Source: Klebsiella phage VLCpiS13a. Taken from it: DNA of 47,956 nt. Below are positions 8,689-17,454 of this stretch, one piece after another; position 1 is the stretch's first letter; each line of letters starts with the position of its first letter. The stretch lies in sequence record NC_071152.1, one strand, 5' to 3'. A program made the translations under genes and the position numbers. The notes beneath the pieces were generated by a model. That model was given only the letters and a program-made list of their open reading frames with translations. It was not told the origin of the DNA and searched no databases.

Positions 8689-8819
8689 AAACGTCAAGAT
8701 TAACTGTAAATATCGCAATCCGTAAGTGGTGCATGCCGCTGCTGGTTATTCTGGTATTGCTGCGCCTTCCTGTTCCGCGCTGGATTTATACTCTTGAGGC
8801 CGCACCATGTCAGCAATAG
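8685..8819 (+). CDS. speculative 44-aa hydrophobic protein
   Basis: ATGA overlap with upstream stop; membrane-like. Confidence 0.25.
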   Translation: MKTSRLTVNIAIRKWCMPLLVILVLLRLPVPRWIYTLEAAPCQQ

Positions 8820-9151
8820 CGAGATGGAGCTATACGCAGCCATGTACAATCTGGCGGCTTACTGGCAAGGATAAGTATGGCAAGCCAACATTTGCCGCGC
8901 CAGAATCCATCATGTGTGATTATGGCTTCGATAAGAATCTGACCACCGGCACGGCTGGCAATGAGATTGCACAGAAAAACACATTCTGGACGGAATATCA
9001 GAATGCGTCTGTTGGCGACTTCATCATGCTCGGCACTATCACCAGCGCTGACCCTTTGGCTGCCGGAGCTGACCAGATTAGAAACGTCGTGAATTACGGC
9101 AATACGCTGGACCGCAATGACCTGCCTGATTTTGCGCTGGTGACGGGGTAA
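8807..9151 (+). CDS. head-tail joining protein
   Basis: 114 aa, position in connector gene block. Confidence 0.4.
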   Translation: MSAIARWSYTQPCTIWRLTGKDKYGKPTFAAPESIMCDYGFDKNLTTGTAGNEIAQKNTFWTEYQNASVGDFIMLGTITSADPLAAGADQIRNVVNYGNTLDRNDLPDFALVTG

Positions 9152-9154
9152 TGT

Positions 9155-9622
9155 ATGGCCGCCAAAATGCGAGGCATCCAGCAGGCGATTAAGCGCACTC
9201 AGCAAATAGTCGGTGAGATCACTGGTGAAAAGGCTGTGCGGGCCATAAAGAGCGCCAACTTTATTATCCGTACTGAAGCAGCAAGCATGACGCCTGTTGA
9301 TACATCCAACCTCATAAACAGTCAATATGACACTGTTGAGGTGAATGGCACCCGCATAACCGGAAAGATAGGGTATACAGCAAAATACGCCCTGTACGTA
9401 CACAATGCGCCAGGTACGCTAAAGGGACAGCCTCGCGCCCACTTTGGTAAGACAAGTAACCGATCTGAATTCGGGCCGCAGCAGGTCAGGGAGTTTGGTG
9501 GTGGCTCATTACAGGGAAACTATTGGGACCCGAGCGGCGAACCTAAATTCCTTCTCAAGGCTGGCGAAAACACACGCGAACTTGTCGATCAGGTAATTAA
9601 AAAAGAGATGACGCTAAAATGA
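9155..9622 (+). CDS. HK97 gp10-like tail-component protein
   Basis: 155 aa, N-terminal region resembles gp10-family; ATG 3 nt after upstream stop. Confidence 0.45.
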   Translation: MAAKMRGIQQAIKRTQQIVGEITGEKAVRAIKSANFIIRTEAASMTPVDTSNLINSQYDTVEVNGTRITGKIGYTAKYALYVHNAPGTLKGQPRAHFGKTSNRSEFGPQQVREFGGGSLQGNYWDPSGEPKFLLKAGENTRELVDQVIKKEMTLK

Positions 9623-10002
9623 GAGATATGCTTGAGCTTGTTGACCAGTACCTTAGCGATGCCGGTCTTTATGATGGGTGGACTAATCAGCTTGAGTTCT
9701 GGAACGATACCGAAGTTGGCACCGAGCGGTTTATGGTGCTGCAATCCAATGGCGGCACGAACGTAAGCAAAGACCTCGGCAATGATTATTATTTTTCTCT
9801 CTATGTTGTCGGCCAGCAGGGTCAGTACAACATCGAGGAAACAAAAGCAAAAGCGCTTGATGTCATCTCATATATCAAAGAGTATCCAGTTGATAGTTGC
9901 ATTGGTATGATTCAGTTGCAGGCGCCGCTTGGTCGTCCAACACTCACTACAGAGCAGAGGCCGGTTTATGAATTGTTGCTGAGGGTTGTTTTTGGTGAGT
10001 GA
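9619..10002 (+). CDS. tail completion/terminator-like protein
   Basis: ATGA overlap; 127 aa; last gene before major tail protein. Confidence 0.4.
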   Translation: MRDMLELVDQYLSDAGLYDGWTNQLEFWNDTEVGTERFMVLQSNGGTNVSKDLGNDYYFSLYVVGQQGQYNIEETKAKALDVISYIKEYPVDSCIGMIQLQAPLGRPTLTTEQRPVYELLLRVVFGE

Positions 10003-10079
10003 TGGTTCCCGCGACAGGATTCGAACCTGTAATCATCAGATTATGAGTCGGGTGCTTTAACCAGTTAAGCTAAACGGGA
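10003..10079 (-). tRNA. tRNA-Met-like (anticodon CAT)
   Basis: Folds with 6-bp acceptor stem, perfect D-arm GCTT/AAGC, loop CTCATAA, T-arm ACAGG-TTCGAAT-CCTGT, encoded CCA; anticodon stem has 2 mismatches. Confidence 0.65.
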
Positions 10080-10082
10080 ATT

Positions 10083-10160
10083 TGGTGTACCATACTGGAT
10101 TCGAACCAGCGACCCACGGCTTGGAAGGCCGTTGCTACTATCCTGCTGAGATAATGGTGC
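10083..10160 (-). tRNA. tRNA-Gly-like (anticodon TCC), noncanonical D-arm
   Basis: Anticodon arm ACGGC-CTTCCAA-GCCGT, T-arm GCTGG-TTCGAAT-CCAGT, acceptor GCACCAT/ATGGTAC (1 mismatch), CCA encoded; D-stem poorly paired. Confidence 0.5.
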
Positions 10161-10538
10161 GTTGTGTTGTGGTGGCTGAAGTCGCGTTGTTGCCGTCCCC
10201 ATATAACCCGGCTCAAGGGTTTTGATGTCCCCGATTCATCAGCACTGTCATCTTGTACTTCACCACAACGGAAAGAGCACTGCTGCAACAATGTTGGATT
10301 TGGTATGCTAAGCCAGTCAACATTCAATGCTCTTACCTGTTGTGTGCCCATTATTAATCACACCGGGCCAGTGCGCCAGATTCTGTTACAGGGAACTGGA
10401 ATACCCCGCTGATTTTAGGCTATTACGCCGCCATCAGGAAACGATCTTCGTTTGCGTTTATCTTTGTGGTCAGTTTCTAAAAACCCGCAAAGTCGCCACG
10501 AAAACTATCTGACATTTAATCTACACCACCAATCAAAA

Positions 10539-10547
10539 CCTGTCAAC
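10539..10547 (+). promoter_or_regulatory. extended -10 promoter TGATATAAT (late, tail operon)
   Basis: TGnTATAAT 45 nt upstream of ATG 10592; shares CCTGTCAA upstream element with 12372-12393. Confidence 0.45.
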
Positions 10548-10591
10548 ATGATATAATGCGATTGTTTAGCTAAACACAGAGGATTCTAAAC

Positions 10592-11347
10592 ATGGCTATT
10601 TGTGCAAATGATAACGGCATCATCACAGGTCGCCAGTCGCTCATTGAGCTGGCTGATGGCTGCTGGGATGCTGTGCCAGCAGAAGAAGACTGGAAGTTTT
10701 TTGCTCCCATGACCTTAAAAGGCGTCGACTTCAGCCCAAGCACCACCACCTCAGAGGCTGATGATGGCGATGGCTTTGTCGCAACGCTGGTCACTACGGC
10801 AGACCTCACCATTTCCGGTGATTTTGAAGTTCGCAAGGCTGACAAGGCTGATGAGTATGGCGTGCACAACCTCATCAAATACTTTGTCACCGAAGTAAAA
10901 GCTCGTCGCCAGCCGTCGCTGTGGGTTCGTCAAACGACTGGTGACACCGTCGTGGTAGCTTACTGCAACATCACCGCGCTGAGCTACGATGGCGGCACTA
11001 ACGATATCATCACTGGTTCGGTCGAGTTCAAGCCGTATGATGGCTCTACCGTTGGCGTGTCCAGCATCGAAGATTTGACGCTGACCACTGATATCAGTGC
11101 AACCAAAAGCGTTGCTTCCGGTTCCGCGCTGACACTCGGCCCGGTAGTAGCGGCTGGCGGTGTCGAACCTTATACCTACCAATGGTATAAAGACAACACG
11201 GCAATCAGTGGTGCGACTTCGGCAACCTTCACCGCCGCCGCTGCTGACGAAGATGATGCTGGCACGTACTTCTGCCGCGTCACTGACTCGGCTACCAGCC
11301 CTGATTATGTTGACTCAACCAAGTGTGTTGTTGCCGTTACGGCATAA
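10592..11347 (+). CDS. major tail protein with C-terminal Ig-like domain
   Basis: 251 aa; SD AGAGGA; C-terminus YTYQWYKDN...AGTYFCRVTD resembles Ig (I-set) fold; strong terminator follows. Confidence 0.8.
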   Translation: MAICANDNGIITGRQSLIELADGCWDAVPAEEDWKFFAPMTLKGVDFSPSTTTSEADDGDGFVATLVTTADLTISGDFEVRKADKADEYGVHNLIKYFVTEVKARRQPSLWVRQTTGDTVVVAYCNITALSYDGGTNDIITGSVEFKPYDGSTVGVSSIEDLTLTTDISATKSVASGSALTLGPVVAAGGVEPYTYQWYKDNTAISGATSATFTAAAADEDDAGTYFCRVTDSATSPDYVDSTKCVVAVTA

Positions 11348-11348
11348 A

Positions 11349-11378
11349 GAAAACCCCCGAAAGGGGGTTTATTTTTTC
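11349..11378. terminator. bidirectional rho-independent terminator
   Basis: AAACCCCC-GAAA-GGGGGTTT + T-run. Confidence 0.7.
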
Positions 11379-11752
11379 AGCAATGAAGATACGCGGATAC
11401 TTGAAATGGCATCAATGGTCATCATCATCCTCCTCGCTAATCGCAGTATCGAGTTGTCGGCGCAACATACACAGCGCGCCAGCGGCATAAACTGTGAAAC
11501 CATTCCGTCGAATATCTGGCGGTTTAATTTATTATCAATGCGCGGCCTGATTGCAGACCAGCACGCGCGGATTGATTTGTTAACCTGACGACCTTCAATC
11601 ATCGCCAGTTTTGCAGCCAACTCTACAGTAACAAGCGCATCGAGATATTGCTCGCAGGCGTAGCGGCTATCATCGCCAGATGATGTTTTCACGCCTGTAA
11701 ATTCGCCATAAGAATGAGCGCCATCATCTTCACCTACAGATTCAATATCCAT
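11369..11752 (-). CDS. hypothetical protein (cassette gene 4)
   Basis: 127 aa; ATG overlaps upstream TAA. Confidence 0.45.
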   Translation of the reverse strand: MDIESVGEDDGAHSYGEFTGVKTSSGDDSRYACEQYLDALVTVELAAKLAMIEGRQVNKSIRACWSAIRPRIDNKLNRQIFDGMVSQFMPLARCVCCADNSILRLARRMMMTIDAISSIRVSSLLKK

Positions 11753-11904
11753 TAAGCTCTCCTGGTTTTATTCTTTATACCCCACAAAATCAGATTGGCG
11801 ATAAACTCAGCGCGTCGCAGGTGAATTGCTATCGCATAGTTTATGTCGATGCGCTGACCTGCATATGCAGATATCACATCTTCATCGTCTTTGTTAACTG
11901 GCAT
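11752..11904 (-). CDS. hypothetical 50-aa protein
   Basis: Small ORF coupled between 99-aa and 127-aa genes. Confidence 0.3.
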   Translation of the reverse strand: MPVNKDDEDVISAYAGQRIDINYAIAIHLRRAEFIANLILWGIKNKTRRA

Positions 11905-12193
11905 TTTTGGACTCCTGCATCATAAGGAAGGCAATCATGGCAGCGCGGAGTGGGTTTTCATCGCATGAAGAAACATCCTCAAGATAATCTTCTGCCATCC
12001 ATTTAGTGTATAGGATGGGATTGATACGAATCCTATTTTCCACAATAATCGGCCATGCATCTGCGGGGTTTTGGCATGGATTCCACTTACCAGAATGTAT
12101 TTCATGCACAAATGATTTGGAAGTCCAATTGTTAGCCTTTGCTACTTTGCAGCTAATCTCAAAATCACTCATCTTAGTGTAATCAGTGCTCAT
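11894..12193 (-). CDS. hypothetical Trp-rich protein
   Basis: 99 aa; motif KWNPCQNPADAWPII. Confidence 0.5.
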   Translation of the reverse strand: MSTDYTKMSDFEISCKVAKANNWTSKSFVHEIHSGKWNPCQNPADAWPIIVENRIRINPILYTKWMAEDYLEDVSSCDENPLRAAMIAFLMMQESKNAS

Positions 12194-12195
12194 CT

Positions 12196-12324
12196 CTATT
12201 CCTCCACCACTACGCCAATCTTAGCCAGCAACAAAATCGCCTTTACGCGAGCCTCTTCATAGGTGTAACCCTGATCGATGTAAAGGTCGATGTAAAATCT
12301 CAAATCAGCATCAGTCTCGTTCAT
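12196..12324 (-). CDS. hypothetical 42-aa protein
   Basis: SD GAGGG before ATG 12324; ends 2 nt before ATG 12193. Confidence 0.3.
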   Translation of the reverse strand: MNETDADLRFYIDLYIDQGYTYEEARVKAILLLAKIGVVVEE

Positions 12325-12353
12325 ATGTCAAACCCTCAATCACCTTATGCTTT

Positions 12354-12367
12354 CAATCTACGTCAGT
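12354..12367 (-). promoter_or_regulatory. conserved TGACGTAGATTGA promoter element (leftward)
   Basis: Reverse complement CTGACGTAGATTGA upstream of leftward cassette 12324-11369. Confidence 0.4.
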
Positions 12368-12384
12368 TTTGCGCCACCTGTCAA

Positions 12385-12393
12385 TGGTATAAT
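12385..12393 (+). promoter_or_regulatory. extended -10 promoter TGGTATAAT (late, tail chaperone/TMP)
   Basis: TGnTATAAT 29 nt upstream of ATG 12422. Confidence 0.45.
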
Positions 12394-12421
12394 TACGTCA
12401 TTATGAAAACAGGATTTAGAC

Positions 12422-13135
12422 ATGAGACAACGCACACCGCTAACAGAAATCGGAGAGATGCGCATCTACCTGGATGACAAGTCTTTTTTCTTCAAGCCAT
12501 CATTTGCGGCGATGAATGAGCTTGGCTCACCGAAAGAGATTGTCGAGCTGTACGCCACGCTTAATGGCTATGAATATGCGGCCATGCTCGGCGCCATTCA
12601 GTCTATGCCGTATGGCGCGCAGATTCAGGTTGCAAAAATCCTGTCACGTCCTGTCTATGGCAAGAAAGTGCTCAGCGCCGCCTGCCTCATCATGCAGTCC
12701 TGTTGCGATGATGATATCTCGGTGCTCATTGGGTCATGGAAGCCAACTCCGCGCGGTGTAAAGTACGTCACCGGAAGAATGCCAGTAAATGACATTATTA
12801 TTATTGCTCGCAACCTGATGGAGCATGGCATCATCGGCAAGTCTCCGCTCAAGGTTCCTCAGCGCTCGGAAAACCAAAAGCGCACAACCAGTGAACTGAG
12901 AATGTCTGATTACATCATTTCAGCTCGCACCCATTTCGGAATCACCCGCGAGGAAGCCGAAGACCTGACCATGACCGAGTATCAGCAGATGATAAAATCA
13001 AAATACCCGGAACCGGAAGGCATGACGCGCGAACAGTATGATGCATCCTATGAACGCGCCAGACTGAATAAACAGAAACTTAAAGAGAAAGCCGCCAGAA
13101 AGGCCGCTAAAGAAAAGGAGCGAAATAATGGCTGA
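12422..13135 (+). CDS. tail assembly chaperone
   Basis: 237 aa between major tail and tape measure genes; stop overlaps TMP start. Confidence 0.5.
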   Translation: MRQRTPLTEIGEMRIYLDDKSFFFKPSFAAMNELGSPKEIVELYATLNGYEYAAMLGAIQSMPYGAQIQVAKILSRPVYGKKVLSAACLIMQSCCDDDISVLIGSWKPTPRGVKYVTGRMPVNDIIIIARNLMEHGIIGKSPLKVPQRSENQKRTTSELRMSDYIISARTHFGITREEAEDLTMTEYQQMIKSKYPEPEGMTREQYDASYERARLNKQKLKEKAARKAAKEKERNNG

Positions 13136-16100
13136 AGAAGTTGGCGGCATCGTCTATGAGGTTGGCATTGACACATCTCAGTTAGCGGCTGGTAGTCGTG
13201 AAATAGAGTCAATGCTAAATGACCTTAGTGGGAACATGGGGCGGCTCGAGGCAAGTGTAAACAGGACGGAGCGCTCTATAAGCTCAATGGAAGGAACCAT
13301 GTCGAGCCTCACTGGTGTCGCAAAGGGATTGCTTGCAGCGCTTTCCGTGCAACAGGTCGGGGCCTATGCTCAGGCGTGGCAGGATATGAGTAACAAACTC
13401 TCTAACGCCGTGAGAGACTCTGTTCCGCCGTTCGAAACCCTTGCCGATGTAACTAATCGTGTTTTTGATATCGCGCAGAAAACACGCTCAGGACTGGACG
13501 CAACGGCCACCTTGTACGCCAGACTTGAGAGGTCTACCAGAAGCTATGGTGTAAGCGTGGAAGACCTGACAAGGCTGACAACAATAATCAATCAGGGTTT
13601 TGTTGTGTCCGGCGCGTCAGCTGAGGAGGCGAGCAACGCAATTATCCAGCTTGCACAAGGCATGGCATCTGGCGCCCTTCGGGGAGATGAATTCAACTCA
13701 GTAAACGAGCAGGGCAACCGGCTCATGATAGCTCTTGCCGACTCTCTTGGTGTTGGCATCGGCGAACTTAGGAATATGGCTGCGCAAGGGAAACTGACAA
13801 CTGATGTTATAGTTAATGGCCTTCTTTCGCAGGGAGACAGTATTGGGAGAGAGTTCGCCAAAACAACTTCTACCATCAGCCAGTCTCTGGAGATAGCCGG
13901 AAATAACGTTGCAAGATTCTTTGGGGAAAACGCAACGGTAAAAACAGGCGTAAAAATCTTTAGCGACTCAGTGATACTGGCCAGTGAAAACATTCAGGCT
14001 CTCGGTACAGCGCTAACCATTGTAGCTGGCGTAATGGGGAGCCGTTATGTTGGCGCGCTGGCAATGTCCACTGCCGCGAAAATATCAGATATAGCAGCAT
14101 CAAGACAGCAATTAATAGCTGAGAACCAGCAGGCACAATCAGCACTTGTGGCTGCAAATTCCGCGCAGAGGAAGGCTTTAGCTGATAAAGAGGCGGCGCT
14201 ATCATCTCTGGCGCTTGCTCAGGCTGAATATAACGTAGCAAAAGGCAGTGCAGCCGAGATGCTGGCGCTTGATGCTCTGGTTGCAGCAAAATCAAGAGCT
14301 AGTGCCGCGTCACTATCCCTTGCTCAGGCTGAAAACGCACAGGCTACGGCATCAGCGAGAGCAGCATCCGCGGCAAGCGCTGCATCGGTAGGAATTGGCC
14401 TTGCCAGAGGTGCGCTTTCATTGATAGGCGGGCCAGCAGGCGCGGCGATGTTAGCAGCGGGGGCAATATTTTACTTTTGGCAGAAAGCACAGCAAGCCAG
14501 AGAAGAAGCAATCCGCTTTGCCGATAGTCTGGACAAAGTAAACGCCTCAATGAAGGCGATGAATAATACCCAACTCAGGGGGGCGATAGCTGACGCCAAT
14601 ATTTCAATTTCGGCGCAAAAGGATGCTGTGAGAAATCTGCAAAGTGAAGTTGATGCACTTCGTGAGAGGTATCTTAGCTTCACTCCTGCCGCGCAAGAGG
14701 TGGCTGAGTCACTTGGTCAAGGGTCGCAATTTGCTTCTGATCAGGAAAGGGTGCTCAATGAATTAAATAAAAAATCAAGAGATTTAGCTGATGCTCAGGA
14801 AAAACTAGCAAGAACTCAGGACACGGCAGCAGAAGCAAGCAGAACCCTAACAAACAATATGCTCACGTCAATGGGCGTGCATGATGGCCTGATTGAGAAA
14901 GGCTCGACTCTTGAGAGAGTGCAAGGGGCCGTGGCAAGAGCATTTGGCTTGACTGCTGATGAGATAAATCGAGCTAACCAAGCCGGGCAAAACTTCAACC
15001 CCAAATCCTTGCAAGTGTCGCCCCCAACAGAAGAAGCTGACAAGATAATCCTCAATCTTGAGGAGCAAAATCAACTTTTAAAAATACAGGATGAAAGACA
15101 AAGGGCAGTAACAAAGGCGAGAATGGAGGCAGCTAAGGTAACTGATAACCCCAATCAGATAGCCAGAGCTGGTGAGCTTGCAGGGAAATTATATGATTTG
15201 CAGGAGGCTGAGAAAGCAAGGGAAAAGGCGCTAAATGATTCTCAGTCAGCGGCCAACAAGGCAGCCACAGAGCAGGAGAATATCGCCAATAAGCTTGAGC
15301 AGCTGCGCCAGAAATCACTTCTTTCAGCCGACTCCACCAGAGAGCTAAGCCGGGAGCAGTCAATCCTTGCGGCTCAGCAATCACTAGGTAAGGGCGCGAC
15401 AGAGGAACAAATAAATCTGGCCGGGCAATATGCCGCAAAAGCATGGGATAATGCCAATGCGCTGAAGGCGCAGGCTGAAGCTGAGAAGAAGAGAGTTGAA
15501 GCGGTGAAGGGTTTTGCCGCCCTTAAATCTCAGACATCACCTACTTTTGCTGTTGAGTCAAATTATCAGAAAGACCTTCAGGCGCTAAATGCCTATGCGG
15601 TGGCCTACCCGCAAAAAATAGCCGAGGTACAACAGGCCAGAGCAGCCATTGAAGAGCAGTATCGCCAGCAGCGAGTTGAAGCTATGTGGCAGGAATGGAG
15701 CCAGCAGAATGCCGCCACTCAGGCAGCCGCAGCAGCATTCGAGGCTTTTGGTCAGTCCGCCAGTAACGCGCTGACGGGAGTCATAACTGGCTCGATGTCG
15801 CTCAGTGATGCCCTGCGGTCTATTGGCTCCAATATCCTTAACAGCGTCATTAACTCATTTGTACAGATGGGTGTTGAGTGGGCTAAATCCGCTATCATGG
15901 GTCAGGTTGGCATGACTGCCGCAACAGCAGCTACTGCCGTACAGGCGGCTGGTATCGCCGCTGCAATGGCTCCTGCTGCTGCAATGACATCTCTTGCAAC
16001 TGGTGGCGCTAACGCCATTCCAGCACAGGCTGGCATCACTGCAACCGTCGGTGTTGCTAAAGCAATGTCGGTTGCTGGAGCGTTGAAGAATGGTGGCCCG

Positions 16101-16427
16101 ACACATGCCGGTTCAATGTATCAGGTGGGTGAGGGAAATGCCCCGGAAATCTTCCAGGCTAGCACAGGCAAGCAGTATATGATTCCTGGAGATTCAGGAA
16201 GGGTTATCAGCAACAAAGACCTTACCGGCGGCTCTTCTGGTGGTGGCTTGATTATAAACAATAATGTTTATAATAGTTCAAGCGGAGCAACAGCAACTAC
16301 CAGCGCGAGAGATAATGGAGATGGATCGGTTACAATTGAAACAATTGTCGCAGATATCGAGGCTGGCGGGCCGATATCAAACGCTATTACCAGCCACACC
16401 ACTGCGACAAGAAGGGCTACAGAGTGA
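13128..16427 (+). CDS. tail tape measure protein
   Basis: 1099 aa, Ala/Gln-rich coiled-coil, hydrophobic C-terminal third, canonical position. Confidence 0.9.
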   Translation: MAEEVGGIVYEVGIDTSQLAAGSREIESMLNDLSGNMGRLEASVNRTERSISSMEGTMSSLTGVAKGLLAALSVQQVGAYAQAWQDMSNKLSNAVRDSVPPFETLADVTNRVFDIAQKTRSGLDATATLYARLERSTRSYGVSVEDLTRLTTIINQGFVVSGASAEEASNAIIQLAQGMASGALRGDEFNSVNEQGNRLMIALADSLGVGIGELRNMAAQGKLTTDVIVNGLLSQGDSIGREFAKTTSTISQSLEIAGNNVARFFGENATVKTGVKIFSDSVILASENIQALGTALTIVAGVMGSRYVGALAMSTAAKISDIAASRQQLIAENQQAQSALVAANSAQRKALADKEAALSSLALAQAEYNVAKGSAAEMLALDALVAAKSRASAASLSLAQAENAQATASARAASAASAASVGIGLARGALSLIGGPAGAAMLAAGAIFYFWQKAQQAREEAIRFADSLDKVNASMKAMNNTQLRGAIADANISISAQKDAVRNLQSEVDALRERYLSFTPAAQEVAESLGQGSQFASDQERVLNELNKKSRDLADAQEKLARTQDTAAEASRTLTNNMLTSMGVHDGLIEKGSTLERVQGAVARAFGLTADEINRANQAGQNFNPKSLQVSPPTEEADKIILNLEEQNQLLKIQDERQRAVTKARMEAAKVTDNPNQIARAGELAGKLYDLQEAEKAREKALNDSQSAANKAATEQENIANKLEQLRQKSLLSADSTRELSREQSILAAQQSLGKGATEEQINLAGQYAAKAWDNANALKAQAEAEKKRVEAVKGFAALKSQTSPTFAVESNYQKDLQALNAYAVAYPQKIAEVQQARAAIEEQYRQQRVEAMWQEWSQQNAATQAAAAAFEAFGQSASNALTGVITGSMSLSDALRSIGSNILNSVINSFVQMGVEWAKSAIMGQVGMTAATAATAVQAAGIAAAMAPAAAMTSLATGGANAIPAQAGITATVGVAKAMSVAGALKNGGPTHAGSMYQVGEGNAPEIFQASTGKQYMIPGDSGRVISNKDLTGGSSGGGLIINNNVYNSSSGATATTSARDNGDGSVTIETIVADIEAGGPISNAITSHTTATRRATE

Positions 16428-16434
16428 AATATTA

Positions 16435-16460
16435 AACCCCGCTATTGCGGGGTTATCTTT
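16435..16460. terminator. rho-independent terminator
   Basis: AACCCCGC-TATT-GCGGGGTT + TATCTTT. Confidence 0.6.
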
Positions 16461-16813
16461 CCTATCTCCATCATTAGATCAGGAGTCCTAACCACCCACT
16501 CTATGCACCCATCAAAACCAGAAAGACCAGCCTTTTTAAATTTTCTGTGAAAATGTGACTCTATTTCAGCAGCATTAAATCCAGTTGTTTTTATAATCTT
16601 AATGACATCAAATTGAAATGGGGTATTTCTTGTTAATCTCTTTATTCTTTCAATTTTGTTATGCGTGATACCAATTTTTACCACGCCAAGAGATACAGAC
16701 TCAAGGAAGTAAACATATGCTTTTTTTTGTTGTTCTTTTGAATCCGTATTCGGCGCAATCATGACAACCCTTTCCAAGCATGTGATCTGATGTGAATTGC
16801 AAAAATTCACCAT
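16442..16813 (-). CDS. homing-endonuclease C-terminal part: T5orf172 (GIY-YIG superfamily)-like domain
   Basis: AYVYFLESVSLGVVKIGITHNKIERIKRL motif; overlaps upstream ORF in +1 frame. Confidence 0.55.
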   Translation of the reverse strand: MVNFCNSHQITCLERVVMIAPNTDSKEQQKKAYVYFLESVSLGVVKIGITHNKIERIKRLTRNTPFQFDVIKIIKTTGFNAAEIESHFHRKFKKAGLSGFDGCIEWVVRTPDLMMEIGKITPQ

Positions 16814-17321
16814 GTATGCTGCATAATATTTTAGCCTTCACAGAAGAATTAACAAATGATGATTCATCATACTGATAAAGAAACGAATGAACCTCATTTG
16901 ATTTTTTGACAAAGATGTCAAATGTCAGCCTTCTGTTCTTACTGCATGATGGGCATCCTACTCCTGACATATGATGACTCCTCCTTTGCATGAAGACGCC
17001 ATGCTCCCTGCATATTATTTTAATATATTCTGAAGACACCTCATCATTAACAAGGGAGTAATCATATTTGTATTTATGAATCTTGTTAAACTTATCAATT
17101 AATGAGGATAATGGTGTTTTCTTAGACTCTCTGGCGCACAACCTGCACCCTCCAACCAAGTGGGCGTCAGGCCTTTGCTTGAATTCTCCGTGCTTTTTGC
17201 AGGTTATTGTTATTTTATATTTGGATAGCACATAAACAGTCTTTGAGTAATCATACTTGTCGCCATGAACTTTTTTAGCCCTGGCGATAAACTCTGCCGT
17301 AGTAAGTGGCTTGCGCATCAT
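16701..17321 (-). CDS. homing-endonuclease N-terminal part: three tandem Cys/His zinc-finger-like repeats
   Basis: Repeats CKKHGEFKQRPDAHLVGGCRLCA / CREHGVFMQRRSHHMSGVGCPSCS / CSIHGEFLQFTSDHMLGKGCHDCA. Confidence 0.55.
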   Translation of the reverse strand: MMRKPLTTAEFIARAKKVHGDKYDYSKTVYVLSKYKITITCKKHGEFKQRPDAHLVGGCRLCARESKKTPLSSLIDKFNKIHKYKYDYSLVNDEVSSEYIKIICREHGVFMQRRSHHMSGVGCPSCSKNRRLTFDIFVKKSNEVHSFLYQYDESSFVNSSVKAKILCSIHGEFLQFTSDHMLGKGCHDCAEYGFKRTTKKSICLLP

Positions 17322-17420
17322 TGAATCCTCGGTTAAAGGTGGTTTGAAGTGATGCAGCAGGCGATAACCAATCGCTTTTCATCTGGCCGGACTAGCTGCA
17401 CTGTGATTGTACCATCAACG

Positions 17421-17429
17421 TGCTAAAAT
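17421..17429 (+). promoter_or_regulatory. extended -10 promoter TGCTAAAAT
   Basis: TGnTAAAAT about 26 nt upstream of GGAG-ATG 17455. Confidence 0.35.
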
Positions 17430-17454
17430 ACAACAATACAAAATGGAGACTGCC

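Larger units (their letters stand above)
16442..17321 (-). mobile_element. free-standing homing-endonuclease-like gene (zinc-finger repeats + T5orf172/GIY-YIG-like domain) inserted in tail cluster; split at A8 tract
   Basis: AT-rich relative to neighbours, opposite strand to tail genes, two overlapping frames joined across A8 at 16721-16728. Confidence 0.6.

Noticed and set aside
8810-9403. 197-aa minus-strand ORF across connector genes (also 13592-13993, 13960-14295, 10751-11182, 36819-37394 minus ORFs)
   Set aside because: All lie antisense to strongly supported structural/packaging genes, lack RBS and have junk-like Cys/Arg/Ser-rich composition
12484-12490. TTTTTTC slippery heptamer in tail chaperone gene as possible G/GT -1 frameshift site
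   Set aside because: Lies only 20 codons into the 237-aa ORF, far from the usual 3-prime position, and the ORF already runs to the tape measure start; no convincing downstream alternative frame
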